Assembly (NCBI GenBank): GCA_964657545.1
Contig: CAZZVT010000004.1
Span: 1 to 45,634, forward strand
DNA: 45,634 nt
Direction of reading: 5' to 3'
Source: an uncultured Jatrophihabitantaceae bacterium
GTDB lineage: Bacteria; Actinomycetota; Actinomycetes; Mycobacteriales; Jatrophihabitantaceae
Position 1 is the first letter of the stretch; each line of letters starts with the position of its first letter. The translations under genes and the position numbers were made by a program. Below are positions 1 to 13,659 of the stretch, piece after piece. The notes beneath the pieces were generated by a model. It saw nothing but the letters and a program-made list of their open reading frames with translations. It was not told the DNA's origin and did no database searches.

Positions 1-2
1 GG

Positions 3-227
3 TGCGCGTTCCCCGGCTGCACCGCCCCACCAGGCTGGACCCAAGCCCACCACATTCGAGAGTGGCAGGACGACGGACCCACCACCGTCAGCAACGGCTG
101 CCTGCTGTGCGGGATGCACCACCGCGAGTTCGAACGCATGGGCTGGCGCCTGCGCCTGTCCGACGGCCGACCAGAGTGGACGCCGCCCCGGATCATCGAC
201 CCAGACCAACGACCCATCCGCGTCTGA
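3..227 (+). CDS. HNH endonuclease signature protein (DUF222/13E12-repeat family), 3' end only
   Basis: Not in the ORF track. Frame 3 reads CAFPGCTAPPGWTQAHHIREWQDDGPTTVSNGCLLCGMHHREFERMGWRL...PPRIIDPDQRPIRV*, the C-terminal CxxPGC...HH...W..GGxT..N..LLC..HH motif of actinobacterial DUF222-HNH proteins. Stop TGA at 225-227. Confidence 0.88.
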   Translation, partial: CAFPGCTAPPGWTQAHHIREWQDDGPTTVSNGCLLCGMHHREFERMGWRLRLSDGRPEWTPPRIIDPDQRPIRV

Positions 228-234
228 GAGCGCG

Positions 235-1083
235 TCAGCGCTGGGCACGCCACTGATCCGCGACGAGGTGTGCCCAGAGGTGATGCGTGGCGTAGCTGCG
301 GTAGGGGGCCCAGTCGGGGCGGCCGTCGGCCAGGTCGATGCCGAGGTCGACGGCGGCGCGTTTCACGACAAGGTCCGACGCCAGCAGCACGTCGCGGTCG
401 CCGGCGACCCGCATGGCGAGGTAATCGGCCGTCCACGGCCCGATGCCGGGTAGGGCAAGCAGGGTGGACCGCAGCGTAAGGAGATCCGGATCGTCGAGTT
501 GCAGCGAGCCGTCGGCCGTCGCGACGGCCAGAGCCTGCACCGATCGCCCACGGGCCCTCGGCATGGGCAGCGTCGTCGGATCCAGCGCAGACAGCGTCTC
601 GGGTGCCGGGAACAGCAGCCATCCCGGCTCGTCGTCGAATGCCGGGCGTCCGTGCTCAGCCACGATGCGGCCGAGGACCGTCCGGGCGCCGGCGAGCGAG
701 ATCTGCTGCCCGACCACGACGCGCACGGCCGTCTCGAAGCCGTCGATCGACCCCGGGGCGCAGAGTCCTGGCCGGCGGGCGACGAGGGGCGCCAGCGCGG
801 GGTCGGCGGCGAGCACGGAGTCGACGTCGGCCGGACGCGAGTCGAGATCCAACAGCGCGCGGAACCGCGCAGTGAGGTCGTGGGCGTCGCGAAGGTCTCC
901 GGCGAGAAGACGAATCCGGACGTCGCCGATCAAGGGTGTCACCTCGACCAGCGCCGGCCCGCGACGAGCGGACACGACCCGGGTGAACACGCCGCCGGCA
1001 TAGCGCTCGAGACCGGACACGGCGTGTGCGCCGAGGAAGTCGAGCGTCGCCTCGACGTCGACGTGCGGTGTGCGCCCGGTCAG
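235..1083 (-). CDS. alkA: DNA-3-methyladenine glycosylase II (AlkA_N + HhH-GPD), no Ada/AraC domains
   Basis: Motifs LDFLGAHAVSGLE, DGFETAVRVVVGQQISLAGA, LLALPGIGPWTADYLAMR, DVLLASDL, WAPYRSYA. Start uncertain: an in-frame CTG at 1083 overlaps the upstream TGA; the track's longer N-terminus lies inside the upstream gene. Confidence 0.85.
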   Translation of the reverse strand: MTGRTPHVDVEATLDFLGAHAVSGLERYAGGVFTRVVSARRGPALVEVTPLIGDVRIRLLAGDLRDAHDLTARFRALLDLDSRPADVDSVLAADPALAPLVARRPGLCAPGSIDGFETAVRVVVGQQISLAGARTVLGRIVAEHGRPAFDDEPGWLLFPAPETLSALDPTTLPMPRARGRSVQALAVATADGSLQLDDPDLLTLRSTLLALPGIGPWTADYLAMRVAGDRDVLLASDLVVKRAAVDLGIDLADGRPDWAPYRSYATHHLWAHLVADQWRAQR

Positions 1084-2849
1084 TCCGAGACCTCGTCGAG
1101 ACCGCGCGGGGTGTCGTGCAGGGGCTCGTCGATCGACGCTCCCACCTGTGCATGGAAGATCGGCTCGGCCGGCCCGTCGAAATCCCCGAGGACGTAGTGC
1201 CTCACGACCGGACGCTGCTCGCGGTAGCTGTCGGCCCCGAGCGCGTCGTCGATGATCTCGTCGAGGTTGGCGGCATCGGAGCGCAGCACCCACGCCGCGC
1301 GCGAGGTGGGGTAGCTCTCGTGGAACTGCTGCTCACCGAGGTCGTCGACGTCGGTGACGACCAGGGCCTTCTCCGAGCGCAGGAAGTCGGCCATGACGCT
1401 CGAGACGTCCGCGATCATGATCGTGCACAGGTTGAAGCAGTCGACGAGGCTGAGGTCGCCGTCGACCGACGACCAGACATGATCACCGCCGGCCCGCTCC
1501 ACCAGTTCCCGCATCTCGTGCACCGGGCGCAGCAGCCGCCGATCGGCGAGCCCGGTGGTCGGGTGCGGCCGGACGATGACGCGTACGTCGCCGCGCTCGA
1601 GCAACCGCCGCACGATCGCCACGCCGGACAGGCCGACCGACGTCTCGGTGGTGGTGCTGTTCCAGCCCTCCCACGTCGGCGCGTACAGCACGGTGGGGCG
1701 ACCCTCGGGGAGTGCACGCGACACGCCGTCGGCCTGCGGGCGGCCGACGATGCGGATCGCCGCGGGGTCGACGTGCACGCCGAACAGTTCGTAGCGATCG
1801 ACGGCGGCCTGCCCGGCCACGTAGAGCTGGTCGTAGGCGCGGGCGAACTTGTTGACGCTCGGCGCCTTGTCGCTCTCGCCGTGCAGCATCTGCACGTGAC
1901 GCAGGTGCGTGTGGCGCAGCATGTGCGTGTTCCGCATGCCGTTGTTGACGTAGAGCACCGCGCGGATGCTGTCGACCACGAGCGCGTCCAGCGTCACCAG
2001 CCGGGGCGAGGCGATCACCGGAACGCCCGGCACCAGAGCCGCGATCGGCGCGACGAGTGCGTTCTCGCGGGTCAGCACCACGAAACGTCGCGGCATGGCG
2101 ATGAGGTGCGGCAGCCATTGGCGCACCTGATAGACACCGGCCGCGCTCGCGCTGAAGTACAGGACGTACTCGGGCGCATAGTCGCTCAGCGCCGTCTGCA
2201 CGCGCCGGTGGAACCGCGAGTTGCTGTGCCGGGCGAGACTCAGCAGCAGGGTGGCGGACTCCAGCGCGAGGTCGAGAGCGGCCAGCACCGCCAGCGCGGT
2301 CACGATCCAGAACGCGAGGTCGACGTCGAGGCCGAGGACCGCAGCGCTCACGGCGATGGCGGTGACGATCTCGAGACGCTCGGTGGCGCTGGTGAGCCGC
2401 CCGCGCAGCGCGCCGGCGGGCCGGCTGACCGCGTCGAACAGCGAGAACCGGTCCTGCAGCTCCTGGGCCCCGGGCAGTGCGGCGATCAGCAGGCGCGCGG
2501 CGACCAGGCGTTCGGCCACGCGCGGCACCAACTCGACGGCCGCCATGAGCGCCACACCGAAGGCCGCGGTCGCGATCGTCAGCCGGCGGTCGAGATCGGC
2601 GGCGGCCACGACGAGCAGGCCCACCCGGATCGCCTGCGCGGCAGGCAGGTGCATGAGCAGCTCGGCGCGGATCCGGGTGACCAGCGGGCCCGCGGACCTG
2701 GGGCCTGCGACGATCGCCGTGCAGGCCAGCAGCACCACGAGGACGATCGGCGCGAACGCGCGGGGGGCGAACACCAGGACGGCGACGGCGGCGGCGAGCG
2801 GTACCACCGCAGCGAGCGCCAGCAGCCCCGGCAGGGACCGACGAGGCAC
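1080..2849 (-). CDS. CDP-glycerol/ribitol:polyol-phosphate phosphotransferase (TagF/TagB-like) with N-terminal membrane region
   Basis: C-terminal motifs HVQMLHGESDK, VGRPQAD, VLYAPTWEG, VRPHP, MIADVSSVMADFL; several hydrophobic helices in the first ~220 aa. GTG at 2849 lies just downstream of the SDR stop. Confidence 0.85.
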   Translation of the reverse strand: MPRRSLPGLLALAAVVPLAAAVAVLVFAPRAFAPIVLVVLLACTAIVAGPRSAGPLVTRIRAELLMHLPAAQAIRVGLLVVAAADLDRRLTIATAAFGVALMAAVELVPRVAERLVAARLLIAALPGAQELQDRFSLFDAVSRPAGALRGRLTSATERLEIVTAIAVSAAVLGLDVDLAFWIVTALAVLAALDLALESATLLLSLARHSNSRFHRRVQTALSDYAPEYVLYFSASAAGVYQVRQWLPHLIAMPRRFVVLTRENALVAPIAALVPGVPVIASPRLVTLDALVVDSIRAVLYVNNGMRNTHMLRHTHLRHVQMLHGESDKAPSVNKFARAYDQLYVAGQAAVDRYELFGVHVDPAAIRIVGRPQADGVSRALPEGRPTVLYAPTWEGWNSTTTETSVGLSGVAIVRRLLERGDVRVIVRPHPTTGLADRRLLRPVHEMRELVERAGGDHVWSSVDGDLSLVDCFNLCTIMIADVSSVMADFLRSEKALVVTDVDDLGEQQFHESYPTSRAAWVLRSDAANLDEIIDDALGADSYREQRPVVRHYVLGDFDGPAEPIFHAQVGASIDEPLHDTPRGLDEVSD

Positions 2850-2853
2850 GAGG

Positions 2854-3558
2854 TCAGTCGCCTCGCACCATGATCGGCTGCCCCTTGAGCACGTCACCCT
2901 GGGGTGAGACGAGGAACTGCACGATGCGGGCCACCGAGTTCGGGCCCATGATCGTGGCCGGGTCCTCGTCGGGCGCGAGCACGGCCCGCAGCTCGGTGGC
3001 GGTGCGTCCGGGGGCCACGCAGTGCACCCGGATGCCGTACGGCTTGAGCTCGTCGGCCATCGTCTGCGAGAAGTTGACCAGCGCCGCCTTGGCCGAGGCG
3101 TACGCGCTCCAGCCGGGCCGCGGCGAGAGGCCCGCGGTCGAGGCGATGTTGACGATGCTCGCGCGGTTGTTGCGCTTGAGCAGCGGCAGCGCATCGCGCG
3201 TCATGAGGAAGGTCGAGAGCATATTGGCCTCGTAGACCTCCATCCACGTGGCGGACGAGATCTCCTCCACCGCGGTCGCCGGGATGGCGTAGCCGGCGCA
3301 GTTGATCAACGTCTGCAGGTCGCCGTCGTCGGCGCGCACCCGCGCCATCAGCTCGCCGACCGCGTCCTCCTTGGTGACGTCCGCCGGGCACACCACGACC
3401 CGGGTGAACGGGTGAGCGGCGCGGATCTCGTCGCTGACACTCTCGAGCCGGTCCGCGGACCGCGCGACGAGATAGATCTTGGGGAACTCGCGGGCCAAGG
3501 TGAGGGCGATGGCCCGGCCGATGCCGCGCGAGGCGCCGGTGATGACGACGTTGTTCAT
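2854..3558 (-). CDS. SDR-family NAD(P)-dependent oxidoreductase, probable polyol-phosphate dehydrogenase
   Basis: TGASRGIG, NCAG, NIAS, YASAK and PG.TAT motifs. ATGA overlap with the cytidylyltransferase gene. Confidence 0.85.
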   Translation of the reverse strand: MNNVVITGASRGIGRAIALTLAREFPKIYLVARSADRLESVSDEIRAAHPFTRVVVCPADVTKEDAVGELMARVRADDGDLQTLINCAGYAIPATAVEEISSATWMEVYEANMLSTFLMTRDALPLLKRNNRASIVNIASTAGLSPRPGWSAYASAKAALVNFSQTMADELKPYGIRVHCVAPGRTATELRAVLAPDEDPATIMGPNSVARIVQFLVSPQGDVLKGQPIMVRGD

Positions 3559-4220
3559 CGCAGACCGTCACCGAAGATCAAGGCGTGCACGACGTAGGCG
3601 TCGACGGGATACGTCACCTTGAGGTTGTCCGCGGAGCCCTCGACGAAGTGCACGGTCCGACCGGTGCGGAACACCATCATGCTGTCCTCGGTGGCGTCCT
3701 GGCCCTTCTCGACCGCCTGCCGGTGCGCCTCGCGCAGCACCTCGGTGTCGAAGACCTGCGGCAGTTGTACGTTGCGCAGGGTGGAGCGGTCGATCTCGTC
3801 GCGCATGACTGTGTCACCCACTGCGACGGTGAACGGGACCTCCCACGTCGGTACGACCGCATCGCCGTCGACGGCCACCAAGCGGTCTATCAGCTCGTGC
3901 GTGATCATCGGACGTGCCGCCTCGTGCACCATGACCCGCGGCGTCGTGACGTGCTCAAGAGCGAGAGCAACGCTCTCGCGGCGGCTGCTGCCTCCGGCCA
4001 CGAGCAGGACGTTCGAGACGGCGAAGTCGTCGACCACCTTCTGGATACCGGTCAGCTGATCGGGCGGGCAGGTGATCACGATGAGTTCGACGTCGGGGTG
4101 GCTGCGGAGCCGCTCGAGCGAGAAGATGATCATCGGTCGTCCGCCGATGCGCATCAGTTGCTTGCCCTGACCGCCGCCCATACGCACGGATCGCCCCGCG
4201 GCGAGAAGGATCGTGTCCAT
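3555..4220 (-). CDS. IspD/TarI-family cytidylyltransferase (CDP-alditol synthesis)
   Basis: MDTILLAAGRSVRMGGGQGKQLM, GGSSRRESV, HEAARP, VQLPQVF, NLKVTYPVD. ATG at 4220. Confidence 0.9.
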   Translation of the reverse strand: MDTILLAAGRSVRMGGGQGKQLMRIGGRPMIIFSLERLRSHPDVELIVITCPPDQLTGIQKVVDDFAVSNVLLVAGGSSRRESVALALEHVTTPRVMVHEAARPMITHELIDRLVAVDGDAVVPTWEVPFTVAVGDTVMRDEIDRSTLRNVQLPQVFDTEVLREAHRQAVEKGQDATEDSMMVFRTGRTVHFVEGSADNLKVTYPVDAYVVHALIFGDGLR

Positions 4221-4259
4221 TCCGAGCACCCTACTGAAACGGCCGCTACCGTGTGGCCG
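4221..4259. promoter_or_regulatory. Back-to-back leaderless promoters (two TANNNT -10 boxes)
   Basis: Plus strand: TACCGT (4247-4252), 7 nt, GTG 4260. Minus strand: TAGGGT (4233-4228), 7 nt, ATG 4220. No Shine-Dalgarno for either gene. Confidence 0.7.
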
Positions 4260-5807
4260 GTGAAGGTGTCGGTGGTGGTCGCGGTCTACAACCCGGGCGC
4301 CAACATGGACGATCTCGTGCGTTCGGTGCTGGCCCAGTCGTTGCCCGGCGACGAGTACGAAGCGATCTTCGTCGACGACTCGTCGACCGACGGGACCGCC
4401 GAGCGTCTCGACGCCCTTGCCGAGCAACATCCGGTGATCTCGGTCATCCACAACAGCCCGAACTCCGGCTGGCCCGGGCGGCCCCGCAACCTCGGCCTGG
4501 ACGCCGCCCGCGGAACATACGTCTACTTCGTCGACAACGACGACTGGCTCGAGCCGGAGGCTCTCGAGCGCCTGTACGACTACGCCGAGGACAACGAATC
4601 GGACATCGTGTGGGGCCGGATCGTCGGCAACAACCGCCGCGTTCCGCGCGACGCCTTCCGGACGAACGTCCCGGACGCCAGGCTCGGCGAGCACCCGCTG
4701 CTGAGTCTGCTCACGCCGCACAAGCTGTTTCGCACCTCGTTCCTGCGCGCGCACGACATTCGTTTCCCCGAGGGCCGCCGCCGCCTCGAGGACCATGTCT
4801 TCGTGATGAAGGCGTACTTCGCGGCGAGCAAGATCTCGATCCTCGCGGACTACCCCTGCTACCACTGGGTGAGTCGCGGGACGAACGCCTCATTCCAGCG
4901 GCTCGATCCAGCCGGCTACTTCGGCAACGTCCGTGAGGTGCTCGACATCGTCGAGGCGAACACCGAGCCGGGGCCGTTTCGCGACCGCATGCTGGCGCAC
5001 TGGTACGGCGGCAAGTCGCTGGCCTGGCTCGAGGGCACGGCAATGACCCGGTACCCCGACGACTACCGCCGCGAGCTGTTCGACACCGTCCGGACTCTCG
5101 CGCACGACCGCTTCGCGCCCCAGGTCGACCGGTACCTCGTGCCCCGGCGTCGCCTTGCGTCGAACCTGCTGCGCGACGGGGACCTCGACGGCCTGCTGCA
5201 GTGGGCCGTCTGGTGCTCGGGCGTCCGGGTCGACGCCCGGGTCACCGGTATGTCGTGGCACGCCGATCGGCTGCGGGTGGGGCTGAGCGCGGCCCTGGTC
5301 GATTCGGCCGACCGCACGCTGGCGATCCGCCGCTCGGGCGAGCACGAGTACCTCGAGTTGCCGGCCGACCTCGGCATCGCCGACCTGGCGTCCCACGTTG
5401 TCGATGTCCCCGCAAGCGTGGGCCAGGCACGGGCTGCGGTCTTCCTGCGCGACCGCGCGAGCTGGATCGTCGAGTTCGGCAGTGCGCAGGACGTCCGCGG
5501 CCCCCGGTTCGGGCCGGACGGGCGGGCGGAGCTGCGAGCCACCCTCGATGCCGTCATCGATCCGGCGGCCGTCGGGGTGGGCGCCGTCCTCGACGTCGTC
5601 GTCCGCTTCGTCGCTGCGGGTTTCACGCCCGAGGCCAGGGTCCAGCTGCCCGACCCGGCGGTGGCGGCCGCTACGGCGCGCACCTTCGGCGACCGGCGCT
5701 TCGAGGGCTACGGCACGGAGGGCTACGGCAATCTGAGCTTTCGGTGGGTCAAGCCCACGCCGGCCCGCGGCTGGCGTCGGTATGCGCGCCGCCTACGGCC
5801 GTCATGA
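4260..5807 (+). CDS. GT2 glycosyltransferase (TarS-like, probable teichoic-acid glycosylation)
   Basis: [63 protein letters not shown]. The true start is about 4260; the track's 3585 start runs antisense through tarI. Confidence 0.88.
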   Translation: MKVSVVVAVYNPGANMDDLVRSVLAQSLPGDEYEAIFVDDSSTDGTAERLDALAEQHPVISVIHNSPNSGWPGRPRNLGLDAARGTYVYFVDNDDWLEPEALERLYDYAEDNESDIVWGRIVGNNRRVPRDAFRTNVPDARLGEHPLLSLLTPHKLFRTSFLRAHDIRFPEGRRRLEDHVFVMKAYFAASKISILADYPCYHWVSRGTNASFQRLDPAGYFGNVREVLDIVEANTEPGPFRDRMLAHWYGGKSLAWLEGTAMTRYPDDYRRELFDTVRTLAHDRFAPQVDRYLVPRRRLASNLLRDGDLDGLLQWAVWCSGVRVDARVTGMSWHADRLRVGLSAALVDSADRTLAIRRSGEHEYLELPADLGIADLASHVVDVPASVGQARAAVFLRDRASWIVEFGSAQDVRGPRFGPDGRAELRATLDAVIDPAAVGVGAVLDVVVRFVAAGFTPEARVQLPDPAVAAATARTFGDRRFEGYGTEGYGNLSFRWVKPTPARGWRRYARRLRPS

Positions 5808-7391
5808 CCCGAGCCTGCGCATCCGGCCCAGTCCGGCGCGGACGACTTTCTGCGCGAGGCCACCCGTCGAGGGACGAGCGGCCGGCGGGCGCACGGTCCT
5901 GCGGACGCTGAGGTTATCGGTGTCCTGCGTTGCGTAGGCGGACACGTCTGCGCCGTCGACGAACCGGTGGAGGGGGCCGGCTGCGCCGCCGAACGGCAGC
6001 CGTCGCTCCGACTCCCATCCGGCGACGCCCAGCCGTAGCCAGACGTCGCTGATCCGCGGCAGAGCATTGCCGAGGAACGCGGTTCTCGGGTCGATGGCGG
6101 CGCGCACCGTCGCGGCCAACCGGAGCCCGTCCTCGTGATCCACGACGGTCACCTGCCCCTGTGACGCCACGTCGGCCACGTCGCGTGTCGTCCGATCACG
6201 CAGCACGATGTTGATCTTCGCGTGGTCAACGGCGTCGGTGATGTCCAGCGTGTCCGGGGGAAGCTCGTCGGCCACCGGACCGGGCACCACCCGCAACACC
6301 CGACCCCCGTCGCGGCGCAACGGGACGGGGGAACCGCTGCGGTCGACGAGCACCGCGCTCGCGGTCAGCATCAGGACGTCTCCGGACCAGTGCAGGTCCG
6401 TGGTGGCGACCGAAGCGGTGGTCGCGACGTCGTGCTGCGCGAGCAGTCGCAGCAGATCCAGGCGGCCGACCCGCACGAGGTGTGCCCGCGCGCGGTCGCG
6501 TGAGGCCAGCGCATCGTCCATCGACGGCGCGAAGCGGGCCAGCGTGATCCGGCGGACCTCGTCGAACAGACGCTGCTGGTGCTCGGCCGAGGAGTCGACG
6601 AAGGTCGCGGAGCCGACCCGCCGCAGCATGTTCACGACGTACCACTGCCGGTAGAGCCGGTCGCGGAGCTCGCCGGGTTCGGTGTTCGCCGCGACGACGT
6701 CGAGCACACCGTCGAGGTCGCGGAAGTAGGAGCGCGGGTCGACCTGCTGCAGCGAGGCGTTGTTGTCGTCGCGGTGCACCCAGTGGTAGCAGACGTGATC
6801 GCTGTACGTGGACACGACGTCGGCCGCGAAGTAGGCCTTGGTGATCACCAGGTGGTCTTCGAGCCGGACCTTGCCCTCGGGGAAGCGGATGCCGTGCTCG
6901 ACCAGGAAGCTGCGCCGGAACAGCTTGTGCGGGGTCGGCGGGACCCATAGCGGGTCGGTGCCGATCTCGGCCCGCGGCTTCGTGCTGGCGAAGGCCTCCC
7001 ACCCCCAGCTGTGGCCGTGCCCCGTCTCCTTGGGCACGACGACGTCCGAACCGTGCTCGTCCGCGAAATCGACCAGGCGCTCGAGGGCGTCGGCAGGGAG
7101 CCAGTCGTCGTGGTCGGCGAAGAAGACATAGGTGCCTCGGGCGACGTCCACACCGAGGTTGCGGGGGCGCCCGGGCCAGCCGGAGTTCGGGGTGTTGTGC
7201 AGGACGGTGACGTTGGGCCGGCCGGCGGCGAAGGCCTGCAGCCGCTGACGCGAGCCGTCGGTGGAGTCGTCGTCGACGAAGACGACCTCCCACTCGTCGC
7301 GCGGCAGCGACTGCGCCAGCAGACTGTCGATCAACTGGTCGATGTGTGCGCCCGGGTTGAACACCGCGGTGATCACGCTGACTCTGATCAA
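5802..7391 (-). CDS. GT2 glycosyltransferase, paralog of 4260-5807
   Basis: [64 protein letters not shown] start with GAAGGGG upstream. Confidence 0.88.
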   Translation of the reverse strand: MIRVSVITAVFNPGAHIDQLIDSLLAQSLPRDEWEVVFVDDDSTDGSRQRLQAFAAGRPNVTVLHNTPNSGWPGRPRNLGVDVARGTYVFFADHDDWLPADALERLVDFADEHGSDVVVPKETGHGHSWGWEAFASTKPRAEIGTDPLWVPPTPHKLFRRSFLVEHGIRFPEGKVRLEDHLVITKAYFAADVVSTYSDHVCYHWVHRDDNNASLQQVDPRSYFRDLDGVLDVVAANTEPGELRDRLYRQWYVVNMLRRVGSATFVDSSAEHQQRLFDEVRRITLARFAPSMDDALASRDRARAHLVRVGRLDLLRLLAQHDVATTASVATTDLHWSGDVLMLTASAVLVDRSGSPVPLRRDGGRVLRVVPGPVADELPPDTLDITDAVDHAKINIVLRDRTTRDVADVASQGQVTVVDHEDGLRLAATVRAAIDPRTAFLGNALPRISDVWLRLGVAGWESERRLPFGGAAGPLHRFVDGADVSAYATQDTDNLSVRRTVRPPAARPSTGGLAQKVVRAGLGRMRRLGS

Positions 7392-7440
7392 CTATTGCCC
7401 CTTCTCGCACGGATCGACATCGACGCCCGCGGGCAACCAT

Positions 7441-7453
7441 TACACTTCCGCGA
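7441..7453 (+). promoter_or_regulatory. Leaderless -10 box for the rml operon
   Basis: TACACT (7441-7446), 7 nt, GTG 7454. Confidence 0.65.
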
Positions 7454-8333
7454 GTGAAAGGCATCGTTCTGGCAGGGGGCAGCGGCACGCGCCTTCATCC
7501 GCTGACCCGCAGCGTCAGCAAGCAGCTGTTGCCTGTCTACGACAAGCCGATGATCTACTACCCGATCTCGGTGCTCATGCTGGCGGGCATCCGCGACATC
7601 CTGATCATCACCACGCCGCACGACCAGGAGCAATTCCAGCGACTGCTGGGCGACGGCAGCCAGTGGGGTATCTCGCTGTCGTACGCGGTGCAGCCGTCGC
7701 CCGACGGTCTGGCGCAGGCGTTCCTGATCGGTGAGCAACACCTCGCCGGCGAGCCCGCAGCACTGGTGCTCGGCGACAACATCTTCTACGGCAACGGCAT
7801 GGGCAGCCGCCTGGCCGACACGGTGCAGCGGGTGTCGAGCAACGGTGGCTGCGCGCTGTTCGGCTACCGGGTCCGCGATCCCGAGCGCTACGGCGTCGCC
7901 GTCGTCGACGCCGACGGCAAGGTCCTCGACATCGAGGAGAAACCCGACAAGCCGCGCTCGAACCTCGCCGTCACCGGCCTGTACTTCTACGACGCGCACG
8001 TCGTCGAGTACGCCCGCGGCCTGCGACCGAGCCCGCGCGGCGAACTCGAGATCACCGACCTGAACCGGGTCTACCTCGAGCGGGGGACGGCCGAGCTGAT
8101 CGACCTCGGTCGGGGTGCGGCCTGGCTCGACACCGGCACCCAGGACTCCCTGCTCGAGGCCGCGCAGTACGTGCAGGTGCTGCAGCACCGCCAGGGCATC
8201 ACCATCGCCTGCCTCGAGGAGGTCGCGATGCGCCGGGGGTTCATCACGGCCGCTCGGGCGCTCGAGATCGGCGAGGACATGGGCAAGTCCAACTACGCGC
8301 AGTACCTGCGACGCACGGCCCAGGAGTACATCG

Positions 8334-8344
<11 letters not shown>
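7454..8344 (+). CDS. rmlA: Glucose-1-phosphate thymidylyltransferase
   Basis: [61 protein letters not shown]. Confidence 0.97.
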
Positions 8345-9900
<1,556 letters not shown>

Positions 9901-9901
9901 C

Positions 9902-10753
9902 GTGCGCTGGCTGATCACGGGAGCCGGCGGCCAGCTGGCGACGCACGCGCTCGAGCAGCTGACCGCGTCCGGTGACGACGTCGTCGCGCTGTCCAGCGGC
10001 GCCCTCGACATCACCGACGCCGCCGCCGTGCGCGCCGCGGTCGCCGAGCACCGCCCCGACGTCCTGCTCAACGCCGCCGCCTACACCGCGGTCGACGCCG
10101 CCGAGGAGCACGAGGACATCGCCGAGCGGGTGAACGTCGTGGGCCCCCGGCTGCTGGCCGAGGCGCTGGCCGAGCTGGGCAACGGTCGGTTGCTGCACGT
10201 CTCGACCGACTACGTCTTCGACGGCACCGCCGGGCATCCCTACGAGCCCGACGATCCGACCGGTCCGCAGAGCGCCTACGGCCGCACCAAGCTCGCCGGC
10301 GAGCACGCTGTCCGCGCCGCCCTGCCCGACCGGTCGCACGTCGTGCGGACGGCCTGGATCTACGGCGGTCCGGGGGCCAACTTCGTCGACACCATGCTGA
10401 AGTTCGAGCGTGAACGCGACACCGTCGACGTCGTCGCCGACCAGATCGGCTGCCCCACCTACGTCGGCGACCTCGCCGCCGGGCTCATCGCGCTGGGTCG
10501 CTTGGACCTACCCGGCGGTACGTTGCACTTCGTCAACGGCGGGCAGGCGTCCTGGTTCGACCTCGCACGCGAGGTCTTCCGCCTGTCCGGTGCCGATCCC
10601 GAGCGGGTCCGCCCCACCGACAGCGCAGCGTTCGTCCGGCCCGCCAAGCGCCCGGCCTGGTCGGTGCTGTCGACCGCGGCGTGGGTCGCGGCGGGCCTGC
10701 CCGAACCGCGGCCCTGGCAGGACGCGCTGGCCGACAAGCTCTCGCGCGGCTGA
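9902..10753 (+). CDS. rmlD: dTDP-4-dehydrorhamnose reductase
   Basis: TGAGGQL, NAAAYTAVDAAE, HVSTDYVFDG, YGRTKLAGE, DQIGCPT. Confidence 0.96.
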   Translation: MRWLITGAGGQLATHALEQLTASGDDVVALSSGALDITDAAAVRAAVAEHRPDVLLNAAAYTAVDAAEEHEDIAERVNVVGPRLLAEALAELGNGRLLHVSTDYVFDGTAGHPYEPDDPTGPQSAYGRTKLAGEHAVRAALPDRSHVVRTAWIYGGPGANFVDTMLKFERERDTVDVVADQIGCPTYVGDLAAGLIALGRLDLPGGTLHFVNGGQASWFDLAREVFRLSGADPERVRPTDSAAFVRPAKRPAWSVLSTAAWVAAGLPEPRPWQDALADKLSRG

Positions 10754-10756
10754 GCC

Positions 10757-13570
<2,814 letters not shown>

Positions 13571-13659
13571 GTCCTTGATTCTGGCGTAGCCCGTTGTGCT
13601 GTGCGCGGGCACCGTGAGATCACGGCAGCTCACGCGAAAGCTCGGGTACCGTCCGGCGC
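13571..13659. promoter_or_regulatory. Divergent ppc/galE promoters, both apparently leaderless
   Basis: Plus strand: TACCGT (13647-13652), 7 nt, ATG 13660. Minus strand: CAGAAT (13583-13578), 7 nt, ATG 13570. Confidence 0.6.

Noticed and set aside
1026-2873. 615-aa plus-strand ORF, and similar long ORFs at 7388-8860 (-), 11483-13447 (+), 15790-18273 (-), 22282-23898 (-)
   Set aside because: Antisense shadows of well-supported genes; expected in high-GC DNA and without recognisable motifs.
3555-4220. Calling this gene the MEP-pathway ispD
   Set aside because: No ispF next to it; coupling to an SDR and a TagF-like gene favours CDP-alditol synthesis.
3585-4865. Long N-terminal extensions of the GT2 (from 3585) and the cytidylyltransferase (from 4865)
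   Set aside because: Each extension runs antisense through the other gene; homology and -10 spacing place the starts at 4260 and 4220.
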